Positions 1 through 33,719 of a DNA stretch of 64,000 bases are shown one piece after another; positions within the stretch are counted from its first letter, which is position 1, and each line of letters starts with the position of its first letter. Source of the DNA: the human T2T-CHM13v2.0 reference genome, Homo sapiens; the NCBI RefSeq assembly GCF_009914755.1, contig NC_060940.1. One strand, given 5' to 3'. Made by a program: the position numbers and the translations under genes. The notes beneath the pieces are model-generated. The model had not been told where the DNA came from. It saw only the letters and a program-made list of their open reading frames with translations, and did not search any database.

Positions 1-4220
<4,220 letters not shown>

Positions 4221-5381
4221 TGTTTTTTTTTTTTTTTGCAGACTGGAAGGGCGGCACCCCTATCAGTTAGCACCGTTTCAACTGGAGGCGGTATAGCCAG
4301 TTCCCGCCCCTCCATGCTGGCAGGCAGCCCAGCCCAGCAGAGGTTTCAGGAGCCTCTAGGAGCAGCAGGAAGGGAGCCTCCTCTACCCTACCTAGCCAGG
4401 AGCCTGATCAGGCTGTAATCCCTAGCAATTCCAGTTTCTCTGGGGATTCCTCCCCAGTGGGCTGGCGGTTGGACTCTTCTCAGCAGAGGTCTGGAGAGGG
4501 GCACCTCCCACCCCAATCTGAACCCTATGACTGCACCCCTTGCCAGGAGATGAAAGGGACAAGACTGCCTGAAGGATTAATCTTTAGCCTCCAGGCAGGC
4601 CAGTGGCCAAAACACCCAGGAAGTGAAAGTCTGTCCTCTGCCATAAGGAAACCTGGAGTCTGTGATCCCATCATGCGGGGTCTGTTATCTGCCAGGTGAC
4701 AGGGTCTCTTATCTATCTGCGGTGATCTGAAGGGCAAGGCCTCTGGCCAAACATTTCTTTTCCCCAGTGATGCCTGAAATTCCACTGTTAGCGCTGGATC
4801 TCAGCAAGATCTCAGAGAAAGCTCAACTCCTGGAGTTTGGGTTTTCCCCAGTTGAGATGTTAGGAAAGCAATGGGCCTTATCACCTGCACGGACAGGTTT
4901 GTGTACAGTCTCAGGGGATTCAGGGACCCCACCAGAGCCCATCCACAGACACCAGGTTAAAAGCCCTGGACAGCATTTACAACTCCTTTGAAAGAAGAAA
5001 AGTCTTTCTCTAGAGCCCTCTTTAAAGTGCAAATGGCCCTGGGAGGTTCGAAATGATGAGCTGGCCGGCATGAAAGAATTTTTTCCAGTAGATGCAAGAG
5101 ATAACCTGAGGAGCTTTAGTGGCGGGGGTGGGGGAAGGAGAGCCTGGGGGAGGGGAGGCTCCAGGCAGCTCACAATTTTTCCTAGAACTGGAAAGGGAAT
5201 GTATTGGGCCAAGAGGGCTAATCACTCACCTTTGCAGAGTGTTTACAAGAACCTTATGAATTAAGTGCTATCAACATTCCCATTTTACAGATGAGGAAAC
5301 CAAGATGGTGGAGATAAAATGACTTATGCTTCTCAACTAATGGCAGAGCCAGAAGTGAATCCAGGCTGGAGTGAAGTGGCT

Positions 5382-5962
<581 letters not shown>

Positions 5963-7391
5963 TCACACAGCACCTGTCTTCCACAAGGAGCCCCTCTGTG
6001 TTCCCGCCTCACCCTGGACACCTGATCTACTGTCTTTGGAGCTTGGAGAAGGACTTGCCGAGAAGTCTGAAGAATGCATCAGGCCTGACCTGACTTTGCT
6101 GCCCCTAATTGTTTTCTAAAATCCTTTTTATTGAATTATCAGAGTGTAATGGAAGAGTCGATGAGAGTCGCTGCAGAGTTACGAGGCCAAGGCTTGCTGG
6201 GTAGAAGAAAGTAAAGCCCTAAAGGCTCCCTGGGCCCAGCGATGGTATAAAATATGTATTTTTACATAACTGAGAGGAAAAAAATAAGCAGACAGTACAG
6301 CCCCATGGGGGAAACGCCTCTTTCTGTATTTCCATTATCTTGTTCAAGGCACGATCCTAGTGGGAAAGGAAATACCGGAGCCTTCTCCCTCTGAGCCTCC
6401 TGGTGGGTTAAGAGCAGAGGGAGCCAAAATACGACATCCAAAAGACCTGATTGGAAACTCATTAAAATTGAGGGGACAGGTTGTTGGGGGGGGCGGTGCT
6501 GGGCTGCCCAGAAATCGTCTGCATTTGAGAAATTACTTGATGGACTCAGAGGCACCTTTAGCTCTGGGTGAAATATTCCAAACATGGCTTTCCCCAGGAG
6601 GAAGCGAAATAGGGGGTGGGCCTTTTGAAAGAGTAACCCCTACTCCAAATATTTATTGAGCAGTTGCTATGATGAGCCAAGAACTCTGCTTAGCGATTGT
6701 TTTTGTATTAGCTCATGCCAATTCACTTATACAAAGGAGAACACTGACTTCCCCAAGGTCACAGGGCTAGTGAGTGGCTGACTCCACTTAATGCTGTGTA
6801 GTTCTAACCATGCTTGAAGGATAAAGGGAAAGGAGGTGCCCTTGTCGGGGTAGACAAGCCACCCAGACGTGGCTGGCCACAGGGAGTCAGACAGGGAAGT
6901 TGTCTAACCTAACATTTGCCTGTCTATTCTGTTTTTGTCTTTTGATGGAGGACGGCGGGTGCTGGAGGGCCACTGGCCCAGGACCTGAGACCTTTGGCCC
7001 CTATCTATTCTATTTTTGATCCTAAAATTATTTCACTGGGGACAGAATTCTCTGGAGAAGGTGGTGGTGGCCATGGTGTGGCTGTGGCATTAAAAGCCCC
7101 ACTCTGGGGGTCAGATGATCCTGGGTTTTGGTATTTGGCTTTGACATTGACCTGCCTATGTGACATTGAACAAGTTATTTGCAAATCATAGGTTTGGGTG
7201 AACTCTAAAGGTCTCTTCCAGGTCAACATCAAAAAACAGACTGAAAACTGCAGCTCCAGCTGGAAGACTGGGACCACATGAGATGAAGCTGATTGTTAGA
7301 AGAAAGGCCCTGGAATCAGAGAGGTTGGTTCCAGTCCTGCGCCACCTCTCATTGGCCTCAATCTCTCTAAGCTTCAGTTGCCCATCTATCA

Positions 7392-9273
<1,882 letters not shown>

Positions 9274-9289
9274 CTAGACCCTAGCAACT

Positions 9290-9493
9290 CCAGGCTAGAG
9301 GGTCACCGCGTCTATGCGAGGCCGGGTGGGCGGGCCGTCAGCTCCGCCCTGGGGAGGGGTCCGCGCTGCTGATTGGCTGTGGCCGGCAGGTGAACCCTCA
9401 GCCAATCAGCGGTACGGGGGGCGGTGCCTCCGGGGCTCACCTGGCTGCAGCCACGCACCCCCTCTCAGTGGCGTCGGAACTGCAAAGCACCTG
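9290..9493 (+). promoter_or_regulatory. CDH1: CDH1 proximal promoter with SNAI/ZEB E-boxes, CCAAT boxes and GC boxes
   Basis: CAGGTG 9387-9392, CACCTG 9438-9443, CACCTG 9488-9493; CCAAT 9402-9406 and ATTGG 9372-9376; GGGGGGCGG 9416-9424; no TATA box. Confidence 0.95.
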
Positions 9494-9590
9494 TGAGCTT
9501 GCGGAAGTCAGTTCAGACTCCAGCCCGCTCCAGCCCGGCCCGACCCGACCGCACCCGGCGCCTGCCCTCGCTCGGCGTCCCCGGCCAGCC
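9467..9590 (+). other. CDH1: CDH1 5'UTR (124 nt from the canonical TSS)
   Basis: Begins AGTGGCGTCGGAACTGCAAAGC within an Inr-like CTCAGT, matching the recalled mRNA 5' end; no upstream ATG. Confidence 0.9.
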
Positions 9591-9638
9591 ATGGGCCCTT
9601 GGAGCCGCAGCCTCTCGGCGCTGCTGCTGCTGCTGCAG
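9591..9638 (+). CDS. CDH1: CDH1 (E-cadherin) exon 1 coding part, signal peptide MGPWSRSLSALLLLLQ
   Basis: ATG at 9591 in strong Kozak context (GCCAGCCATGG); 48 nt translate to the E-cadherin N-terminus; donor CAG|GTACCT at 9638/9639. Confidence 0.99.
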
Positions 9639-10763
<1,125 letters not shown>

Positions 10764-11121
10764 TGAACACTGTGGTGGAGGGGGTAACCCTGCCTGGTTG
10801 TTGACTATGTTATAAAGAAGAGGAGGTTGAGGGCACTTACTAGAAGCCTTCGTATTTCTCTTATTGCCCTCAGCACTGTAGAGACAGTCTCTCATTTCAG
10901 ACTGCAAAAACCTGGTGGGTGGGAAGGCCTGGCAGGAGTATTCCCGTTTTACAGTTGAGCAAACCTAGGCTAAGAGAGTGACGTCCACTTGCTCAGGGTC
11001 AGCAGAGCAGATATCTGAACTGGGATCTGACTCCCAGGCCCCATTAAGCACCATCTCTGGGATGACTGAAGAGCAGCCCTCTCTTGGTTACTGGGCTGTG
11101 GCTTTTGTTTATAGATATAAA

Positions 11122-12113
<992 letters not shown>

Positions 12114-14003
12114 AGGAATAATGATCTTTTTTTAAAAAAAGCATGGTAGTTCTGATTCAGGATGAAAATGCATACACCCAATGTACTTCTAGGCCTTATC
12201 GTTGTGATAATCTAGAGTTTGCTTTGTTCCACTTGACTGTTGTCCAGGGAGCAAGGGAAGGGGCTAGTTTCTCTTCTGGTTTCACTGAATCCCAAGTGCT
12301 TCCTTTATATCAAACCACTTTCTCCTCTCATGATTTTACTTGATTGGGTATCACAATAAGAGGCATTTTTTTTTTAAGAGAAATCACCCACAATTCCCCT
12401 GAGGGAACACCTCCACTGTGTCATTCTTCCAGTCTTTGACCACATGAATCTTTAGCAATCATGCTGTTGTCTTTACATTTTTTTTTTGAACTTTGGAAGT
12501 CGTTCGAAGTTTTTTACAGAGAAACTACAGCTCGACTGATGAAGTATATTTGCTCTGTGTGCTCTAGAGCTTTCTATTGGATCAGAAGTTATCTCTAACT
12601 CCTGGGCTCAAGTGATTCACCCGCCTTGGCCTCCCAGAGTGCTGGGGATTGGATATTTTGATGTCAGTGGGCATTGAGGAGTGGCTTCTCGGGGAAGGCA
12701 AACTTGATCCAGTCTTGGAGAGCAAGGCAGGGGCTAGAAACAAGCTTGTATCTGAGCATGCGTCTGGGGTGTCCCAGTGCTAAGGCTGGTGACTTTGTTT
12801 TCCTGCACCAAGATATTTGGTAGCACCAAGGGTGGGTTGGTCTGGTTTTTATTTCTCCCTTCTAAGCTCCTGTGTTTGACCAATAATATTATTACATATT
12901 AACACTAATATGTTAATAATTAATAGTGACACGTATTCACTTTTGCCTCAGACTCTGGGGCAAGTGCTTCACATATTTTACCTCATTTAGTCTTCACTAG
13001 AACGTTAGGAGGGTGGGCACTGTTATTCTTCCTACTTTGCAAGTGAGGAAACTGAGGCATAAAGCAATTCTGTAATCTGAAGCATCCGCAGTTCGTCTTT
13101 TCTCTTCCTTTTTCTCCTTGTTTTTCACCTCAATAACCTGAAAAAACAAAAACAAAGAAAAAAGGTGTTTGGGGAATTAGTGTCCAATGTGAAGTAAGCT
13201 GAGAATGGAGGTGTTGATAGGGTGGGACCTCCGAGAGGGGGTGGTGATGATGGAGATGGGTCAGACCCGGGGGAGGTGGCGGGGGACCCTGGGACTGGTG
13301 ATTTAGTGGGAAGAGGCAGCCTTCACACAGAATCCGCAGGCCTCTGGTGTGGTTGGTTTCAGTTCCCTTTATGTTCACAGACCCCCACCCCCACACAACA
13401 GATTTCCTGACATTTAATATTTGTTTTGGCTTTTTTGGACTGTGGGGTCTCCTTGTATCAGTCCAATGTGGAGTCGCCCCAGGATGGAAGTGCCCTTCTG
13501 GTAAAATCACACGTTCAATCTGAGGAACTGGCTTGTGATTTTAAAAGGCCGCTAGGACTTGGGATGTGGCCTGACTCTCTTTGGACAGTGCACGGAAGTG
13601 AAGGGATGGATGTAACATTGGCACCAGGTTTAGACATTGGCTTCATGGAGAATTTACTCCATGGGAATTTTGAAACTTGAAACCTGTCACTTTTTGTGCA
13701 CAGGCAGCTGTAGGGTCTTAACTCAGGGGACTTTGGAGTGTTTGCTAGGGTCATTCCTCTGCCCCATGCTGTGGCTGACCCCATGATCTCAACCTTGTAT
13801 TTATTCCATTGGTTTATCTCCAGCTTCTAGAATGAAGACCTTTACAAAAAAAAAAAAAACCAAACTCAACTGTAATAAACCAGTTTTTGTTTTGAGACGG
13901 AGTTTTGCTCTTGCCGCCCAGCCTGGAGTGCAGAGGTGTGATCTCGGCTCACTGCAACCTCTGCTTCCTCAGTTCAAGCAATTCTCCTGTCTCAGCCTCC
14001 TGA

Positions 14004-14210
<207 letters not shown>

Positions 14211-14429
14211 TAGCACACACCGGTCTGAGAAACCCAGGCTATTAGACAGTTTGGGATCTCTGAAGTATTAGCCTAGTAACCACAGCTGTAAGTTGACTCA
14301 GGCGCGGAAAAAAGAAAAGCTGGCAGGCTTTCCCAGTGATTGTTTTCTTCCTTTGCTTGCTCTGCAATCTGGCCTTGGAAACACAGGGCCTATATTTCAG
14401 TGTTGAGGTTTGGCTGCTTGAGGGGTTGA

Positions 14430-14789
<360 letters not shown>

Positions 14790-15478
14790 TAGGCTGGTCT
14801 ACAATCTGGAGTTTTGCTCTTGTTGCCCAGGCTGGGCAAACTCCTGGCCTCAGGTGATCCGCCCACCTTGGCCTCCCAAAGTGCTGGGATTACAGGCGTG
14901 AGCCACTGTGCCCGGCCATTTCCCCTCCTTTCTGAAGGATGTGCTGAACGTTTCAGAAAACAGTATGCAGCCTCCCTAATACAATTAGACTTTTAAAAAG
15001 CAAACCCAGAAACCAGCTTTGGGATCACCTTACATCATCAGATCCCCACCCCCTACCCCTCAAACTCATAAAAGTCACTTCCCCAATTACTCATGTCTGT
15101 GACAAAGGTTGATCTGAGCTTACTGGGAAAGAAGACCAGTGGGCCGCCCTCCTGGCCTTGCCTTTGTGTCTCTGGAGGTGCGGAGGTGGAAAGTCTTGGG
15201 CCCGGCAAGGCCATGTAAAGAAGGCAGGCTGCTGCTTCCTCCCAGTGGGGCCCTGCCTGCCCCTCTCTGCCAGGTGGTTATGGAAATCCCTGTTTGCTCT
15301 CCAGGGCTTTTTATTGGGTGAGGCTTTTCTTCCAAAATGCTCACCTTGTGTCTGTTACACATTCCCTTCCAAGGTAGCCCCAGATACGCCAGAGGCTGAA
15401 GCTCTCGTATCTCCCAGAAGCTGCCCAAACCCTAAAATCCCCGAGAGGCACCTGTCCCAATCCAATCCTTGCTGGGTC

Positions 15479-15558
<80 letters not shown>

Positions 15559-15584
15559 TTCTTTTCTTTTCTTTTCTTTCTTTT
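15479..15584. repeat. (TTTC)n tetranucleotide repeat at an Alu tail
   Basis: Long uninterrupted TTTC run followed by TTTTC units. Confidence 0.97.
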
Positions 15585-17094
15585 GAGACGGAGTGTCACT
15601 CTGTCGCTCAGGCTGGAGTGTAGAGAGGTAGGATCTCAGCTCACTGCAACCCCCGCCTGCCATGTTCAAGTGATTCTCCAGCCTCAGCCTCCTGAGTAGC
15701 TGGGATTATAGGCACGCAGAAGCATGCCCAGCTAATTTTTGTATTTTTAGTAGATTCGGGGTTTCACCATGATGTCAGGCTGGTCTTGAACTCCTGAGCT
15801 CAAAGTGGTCTACCTGCCTCAGCCTCCCTAAGTGCTGGGATTACAGGCGTGAGCCACCGAGCCGGGCCCCTTCCTGGGTTTCTATCCTGCCTCAGCTCTA
15901 TCTCCTTTGAGGGCACAAGGCTTTCAAAAAGGAGAATGAAATCATTCAGCAGTGGCTGTTTAGGATCCTTCAGCGAGGAAGTACAGGAAACTAGGTTTGA
16001 ATTTTAGCCACTAGCTATTTGACTTTGAATAAGTCACTTTACTTCTATGAGTCTCAGTTTCCCCACCTGTAAAATGGGGCGGTAATACTTATTGATCTAT
16101 TATGAGAATTAAGTATGTACATTCATTTAGTTCACAAAAGTGAGTGCCTGTTGTGTGTTAGCACCAGGCTAGACCCTGAGGTTACGGCAGATTGGACGGA
16201 ACATACATGCCAATGGGCAGGAATGTAAAGAGAGAAAGTAGAGAGAATATTTTCAACAGTAGTTGATATTTCTTAGGGACACAGTAAACTCTCAATGTTA
16301 TTTTGAGCAAATGAATGAACACATGAATAAATCGCTATCTTGGCCAATATTTTTCCCTCTCAAACTCTATGGACTTGGTCCAGCCCTTAAGGTTGATTGT
16401 AAATGGGCGGGGAAGAATTTGGTGGGTTAGAACCTTCCATTATGCTCTGTGTGTGCTGGGGATACTGTGTTCATAGCTTCCCTCTGAACAGCTGTGCAGG
16501 GCAGGCAGGGAGATCTCAAACCTGAGTCTGGAAATGGGAGGGCATATAGCCATTTTTAAGTGTTTTCCACCTTTGGTCAAATAAAAAGAAATCTGTGGTG
16601 CATGCTCACTCTTTCTCTCTCTATCCCCATCTCTAGCCATCTCCCTTTCTTTCTCTCTTCCTCTTTGTTAATGTAAGTTTCCCTAGGCCAGGGATCTCAG
16701 TGTCCCAGCTTGTTCTTGTTACTCTTGGGGGACTGGGGTTTAGGCCTCCTCCCTTTCTGCACTTTTCATCTTCCTCCTTCCTTCCTCTTACCTGCCTCCA
16801 ATCCTCCACTTCTGCCCAAGATTTGGGTGGCATCTTCCCCAAATTCAGAAGGTTCTTGAATCAGACTGCCTAGATTTCAATCCAGACAATGTCACTTCCC
16901 AGCCTAGGGATGTCAGCCAAGGACTTAGTTTCCCTCTCTGTAAAATGAGCATAATAGCATGGAGACATCATAGGATGGTATGTCAAGCGTTCAGTGAATA
17001 TGAAATATTAGAGCCCCAGGAGGACTTGGTGCTGTCTGTTTGAAAGTCTCCCATGTTTTACGTTTGGTTCAAAAGATCCCCTGCGCTCCCTCTC

Positions 17095-17210
17095 ACCCAG
17101 CAAACCAGCCAAACCAGTTTCTTCACCCTGCCTGCTTCTGTGTTAAGCAAACAGTGCACTGCAAACAGTGACTAAGCCTAGTGCCTTGTTAGGAAGAAAC
17201 TGGCGTTTTT
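17095..17210. promoter_or_regulatory. Candidate GRHL/forkhead epithelial enhancer about 7.6 kb downstream of the TSS
   Basis: AAACCAGTTT (GRHL type) 17111-17120 preceded by a second AAACCAG; GCAAACAGTG twice (17147-17156, 17161-17170); position agrees with the reported Grhl-bound Cdh1 intron 2 enhancer. Confidence 0.65.
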
Positions 17211-17736
17211 TTGCTTGCCACTGTGCAGGGTGCTCAGGGTGGACCGGAACGGGTTTGTTGTGGCTTAGGAAAGGGGACCTGCTCGTGGAGGTTGTATAGA
17301 ACTGGAGTGGGAGGAGTGGGGCAAGGCGCAGCTAGGGCCGGGGGAGTCGGGATGATCTTGAACTTGTCAGCTTCTGCTTGGCTTTTAAAAGTTATCCAGG
17401 CCAGATAGATGCTGTGGCTCACACCTGTAATCCCAGTGCTTTGGGAGGCCAAGGCCGCAGGATTACTTGAGCCCAGGAGTTTGAGACCAGCCTGGGCAAC
17501 GTGGCGAGACCCCCATCTCTACAAAGATTAAAAAAAAAATTTAGCCAGGTATGGTGGCGTGCACCTGTGGTACTAGCATCAAAAAAATGCAAAAATTTGC
17601 TGGGCGTGGTGGCATGTGCATGTAGTCCCAACTACTCAGGAGGCTGAGGTGGGGGGATTGCGTGAAGCCCGGGAGGTCGAGGCTGCAGTAAGCCATGATT
17701 GCACCACGGCACTCCAGCTGATAGAGATCCTGTCTC

Positions 17737-17737
17737 A

Positions 17738-17768
<31 letters not shown>

Positions 17769-17888
17769 GTATATATATATATGTATATATATATGTATGT
17801 GTAATATATGTGTATATATATGTATGTGTATATATATATATGTGTATATATATGTATGTGTGTATATATATATATATGTATATATATT
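17737..17888. repeat. (A)n followed by imperfect (TA/TG)n microsatellite
   Basis: Read directly from sequence. Confidence 0.95.
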
Positions 17889-18093
17889 TCATGATGCACA
17901 TGCCTAAGAATACCTGTCTGTTCTCCTGCTGCCAAAAACGCTCTGTCCCAGCCCCTGAGATCCTTGTGGCTAAAAATCAAATCACCTAGGGCACTTCATG
18001 CAGACTTGCCCTCTTGCAGATTCACTGAGAGCCAATCTCCGAGGGTGGAGATCTGAACTTGACATTTACTTACTTATTTATTTTTTGGGATGA

Positions 18094-18294
<201 letters not shown>

Positions 18295-18513
18295 TGACCT
18301 CAGGTGATCTGCCTGCCTCAACCTCCCAAAGTGCTGGGATCGCACGCGTGAGCCACCACACCCAGCCTTGAATTTGATGTTTTTAAAAGCTCCTCAGGCC
18401 AGGTGCGGTGGCTTACGCCTGTAATCTGCACTTTGGGAGGCCAAGGCGGGCAGATCATGAGGTCAGGAGTTTGAGACTAGCTTGACCAACGTGGTGAAAC
18501 CCCATCTCTACTA

Positions 18514-18828
<315 letters not shown>

Positions 18829-18840
18829 TCACACCCTTGA

Positions 18841-19297
<457 letters not shown>

Positions 19298-19956
19298 CTA
19301 CACTCAGGGAGATTCCAGAAAATCTCCAAGAGAGACCTCTCAGCAGGTAATTCCAGTAGGCTCCAAGAATGCCACTGGAATGAGAATGTGTTCAGGGGAT
19401 GCCAGGAGTGGTCAGCTTCACCTGCTGGGCCTTGATGAGTAAGAGGGTGTCTTCCATGCAAGGAAAGGGAAAGGGCACTCCAGGAGGAGGAAGTGGGGTA
19501 CCCAAAGGTGTGGCAGGGTCATGGAGGCAGAAGGCTGGAGCTGTGCCTTCCTGGGCACAGAAAGAGGAGGGAGGAGAGGGTCCCAGGATGAGGCTGCAGA
19601 GGCAGCTGGGCCAGGGTACCTCTGGGCCTTGGGCCGTGGGTCATGGAGGGTTTTCTCTTTCTGGGCTTTTCATAGGCAAATTATTCACCCGGTTAAAAAA
19701 TAAGTTTAAATATACATCTTCATATATATATGAAAAAGCTTGTATATATGTCTGTATGGCAGACAGTGAAGTCTCCTTCCCACCCCAAACCACGCTTCAC
19801 CCAGTTCTTCCCTGGGGCACAGGGAACAGATTTCATTAGTCTCTTGTGTATCCTTTTCAGTGTTTCCTTATGGAAATACAAGCATAGTCTTCTTTCTTTA
19901 TGCCAGCGTAAATTCCTAACATATGATCCTTTTACACAAAGCATAGCATATGATAG

Positions 19957-20340
<384 letters not shown>

Positions 20341-20385
20341 TAAAAAAATTTTTAAAAATTATTTACTTTTTTTTTTTTTTTTTGA

Positions 20386-20547
<162 letters not shown>

Positions 20548-21112
20548 TAGAGACAGGGTTTCTCCATGTTCATCAGGTTGATCTCCCAACCTCAGGTGAT
20601 CTGCCCGCCTTGACCTCCCAAAGTGCTGGGATTAGAGGCGTGAGCCACCATGTCCGGCCATTTTAAAAATGTTTAATTTTAATTTCTGTGGGTACAAAGT
20701 TGGTGTGTATATTTATGGGGTACGTTCTTTTATTTTCTTTTTATAGCTATGCGGTATGGATGCACCATAGGTTATTTAGCCAGTCCCTGATAGATAGACA
20801 CTGGGTAGTGTCCTATCTTTTAGGAGACAGTATTTCAGACAGTAACCTGGGATATACATTTTTTTTCTACACATTCTGGTGTATCTGGAAGATGAATTTC
20901 CATAGGTGAGCCTGCTGGGTCCAGGTATGTGCATTTGTAATTTTGGCAGATATTGCCTTCCACAAAGACTGTGATCCATTTGCACATCAGCGTTTAGAGA
21001 CAGTCGGTTCCCACTGTCCCAGTGGAGGTTTTGAGAAAGAGGTTGGGAGAGGTGTTATGTGCCTGCCTGTCTGAAGATAAAACAGTTTTTTTTGTTTTTG
21101 TTTTTGTTTTGA

Positions 21113-21217
<105 letters not shown>

Positions 21218-21250
21218 TGAGTAGCTGAGTACAGGTGCCTGCAACCATGA

Positions 21251-21541
<291 letters not shown>

Positions 21542-22056
21542 TGAGGAATATGTTGAGTTTGAGTGTCTGAAGGACACAGAGGTGGAGTTTTCAAAGGGGT
21601 ATTTGGGAATGTCAGCTCTGTGCTTGGAATAATGTGAAGTACCAGTTTAAAGAAGGATTTGTATAGGATAGTGATCTTTTTTCCTTAATCTTGTGTCAAT
21701 AGATACAGAGAGTTTTCAGAGACCTCACACGCTGGAGGATTAAATCATAGAAGGTGTTTGTTTGGAGAGTGTTTACTTGAAGGTGGCCAGCAGATGAAAG
21801 ACAACTATTTGTGTCCATTTGCACAGGGTTAGAGAGTGGGTCCTGCCAGTGACCTTGCACGCTTGACAGTTAATCCTCCCTGTAGTCCAAGGTGGGAATT
21901 TTCATCATCCCCTACTGTGGAAGAGGAATCAGGCTCAGAGGTTGCACTGCTTGCCACCAAGTCACCCCGCCAGGTGATGGCAGTGCTGGGGCTGCAGGCC
22001 AGGCCTTTCTCCTTCCAAAACCAGGTCTCTCATCCTGTTCCCTCTACTACACTGTT

Positions 22057-22156
22057 GCCAAACTCAGCATCTCCAGTGGGACCTGATTCACCTTTCTAAA
22101 GGAAACGCCAAACTCAGCATCTCCAGTGGGACTTGATTCATCTTTCTAAAGGAAAC
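22057..22156. repeat. 50-bp tandem duplication (2 copies, 2 mismatches)
   Basis: GCCAAACTCAGCATCTCCAGTGGGAC(C/T)TGATTCA(C/T)CTTTCTAAAGGAAAC twice. Confidence 0.97.
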
Positions 22157-22228
22157 GAATTCCCTTCTTCCCTTCGGAGAAGCTGTCATTGTACCTTTTT
22201 CATCTCACTTATTTTATTTATTTTATGA

Positions 22229-32698
<10,470 letters not shown>

Positions 32699-32771
32699 CT
32701 TCTAAAGTATTTTAAATTCTAGTTTTCCAAAGATGGGAATGTGAATTGTCTTGTAAAGTATAACCGTCTCC

Positions 32772-32835
32772 TGCCCCTCCTTTATAACAGGCCTTGGAGA
32801 ATTTTGCCCCTCCTTTATAACAGGCCTTGGAGAAT
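32772..32835. repeat. 33-bp-period tandem duplication (31 nt identical)
   Basis: TGCCCCTCCTTTATAACAGGCCTTGGAGAAT at 32772-32802 and 32805-32835. Confidence 0.97.
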
Positions 32836-33719
32836 GTTTCTCCCCCATTCTTTCTCTTTAATCTGGGCAAGGTGTCTTTATTAATAATATCACAGACCAC
32901 CACACACACCTTGAGGTTTAGTTCTCTTCCGCACAGTGTGTGAGTGCCTTCTGTGTGCTCTGTGTCAGTTACCAGCCTTGTTTCCAGGAGTTTGGAGCTG
33001 ACCCAGGGGTGATAGAAAACACTGGGATGCCAAGTCGTCAGACAATGGGCTCATTTAGAATTCAGGTGGGGTGGGACTGTGTGGGCTGGGTCAGCTGGTG
33101 GAGCTTCCCCAGAGTGGGGAGGCCAGGGGGAGTCTGGGATGTGGGGTGGTATGTGAACAGGAATACGGGGAGACTCTCAGCCTCTGTTGTTGGCTGAGAG
33201 GGGGATGCCCCAAGCCTAGAGAGGTGGGGGCGGGACCTCCTGTGCAGAGACTGGGAGACAGGAATATGACAGATGGTATATTTGGATGGTGACTCAGATA
33301 GGTCAAGTGAAACTGAACTTCCGGTCCTCGAGTCACACAGGAGGGTAGGGGCTGTGAGAAAACTCCCTCGTTGGTTCTTCCTACAGGGCCTTTGAGGCAG
33401 ACAGGGCTCAACAGAGCCTGGCAGGACTGCAGAAGGACAATAGTGTGGCTGGTTGGGTGAGGCCCTTTTGGCCTGAAGGCTAGCAAGCTGGGAGAACTTG
33501 GAGAACCCGGACAGCAGGTCCTCTGCCCTCCCGCTGCCTGGGGCAGCCCTTGGAGAGGCCTGAGTGGTCTAGGCTGATACATCAGGCTTGGGGCAGCCCC
33601 GCTGGGCTATCCCATACCCTCTCCCCTGCCCCCACATGTTTATCCCAAATCCCCTTCTCCTCAAGCTTGCTTCTAGGTGCCCATCTCACCCATCCTACCC
33701 ATCCATGTGTCTATCCTCC

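Noticed and set aside
4236-4300. Possible CTCF insulator upstream of CDH1
   Set aside because: Only partial match to the core motif in either orientation
9390-9590. Open frame upstream of and in frame with the CDH1 ATG (CTG at 9480)
   Set aside because: ORF start lies upstream of the TSS; CTG context is mediocre and an extension would displace the signal peptide; no support without ribosome profiling
13877-13886. Second AAACCAGTTT GRHL-like motif
   Set aside because: Formed by an Alu TSD plus T tail, isolated, without a supporting motif cluster
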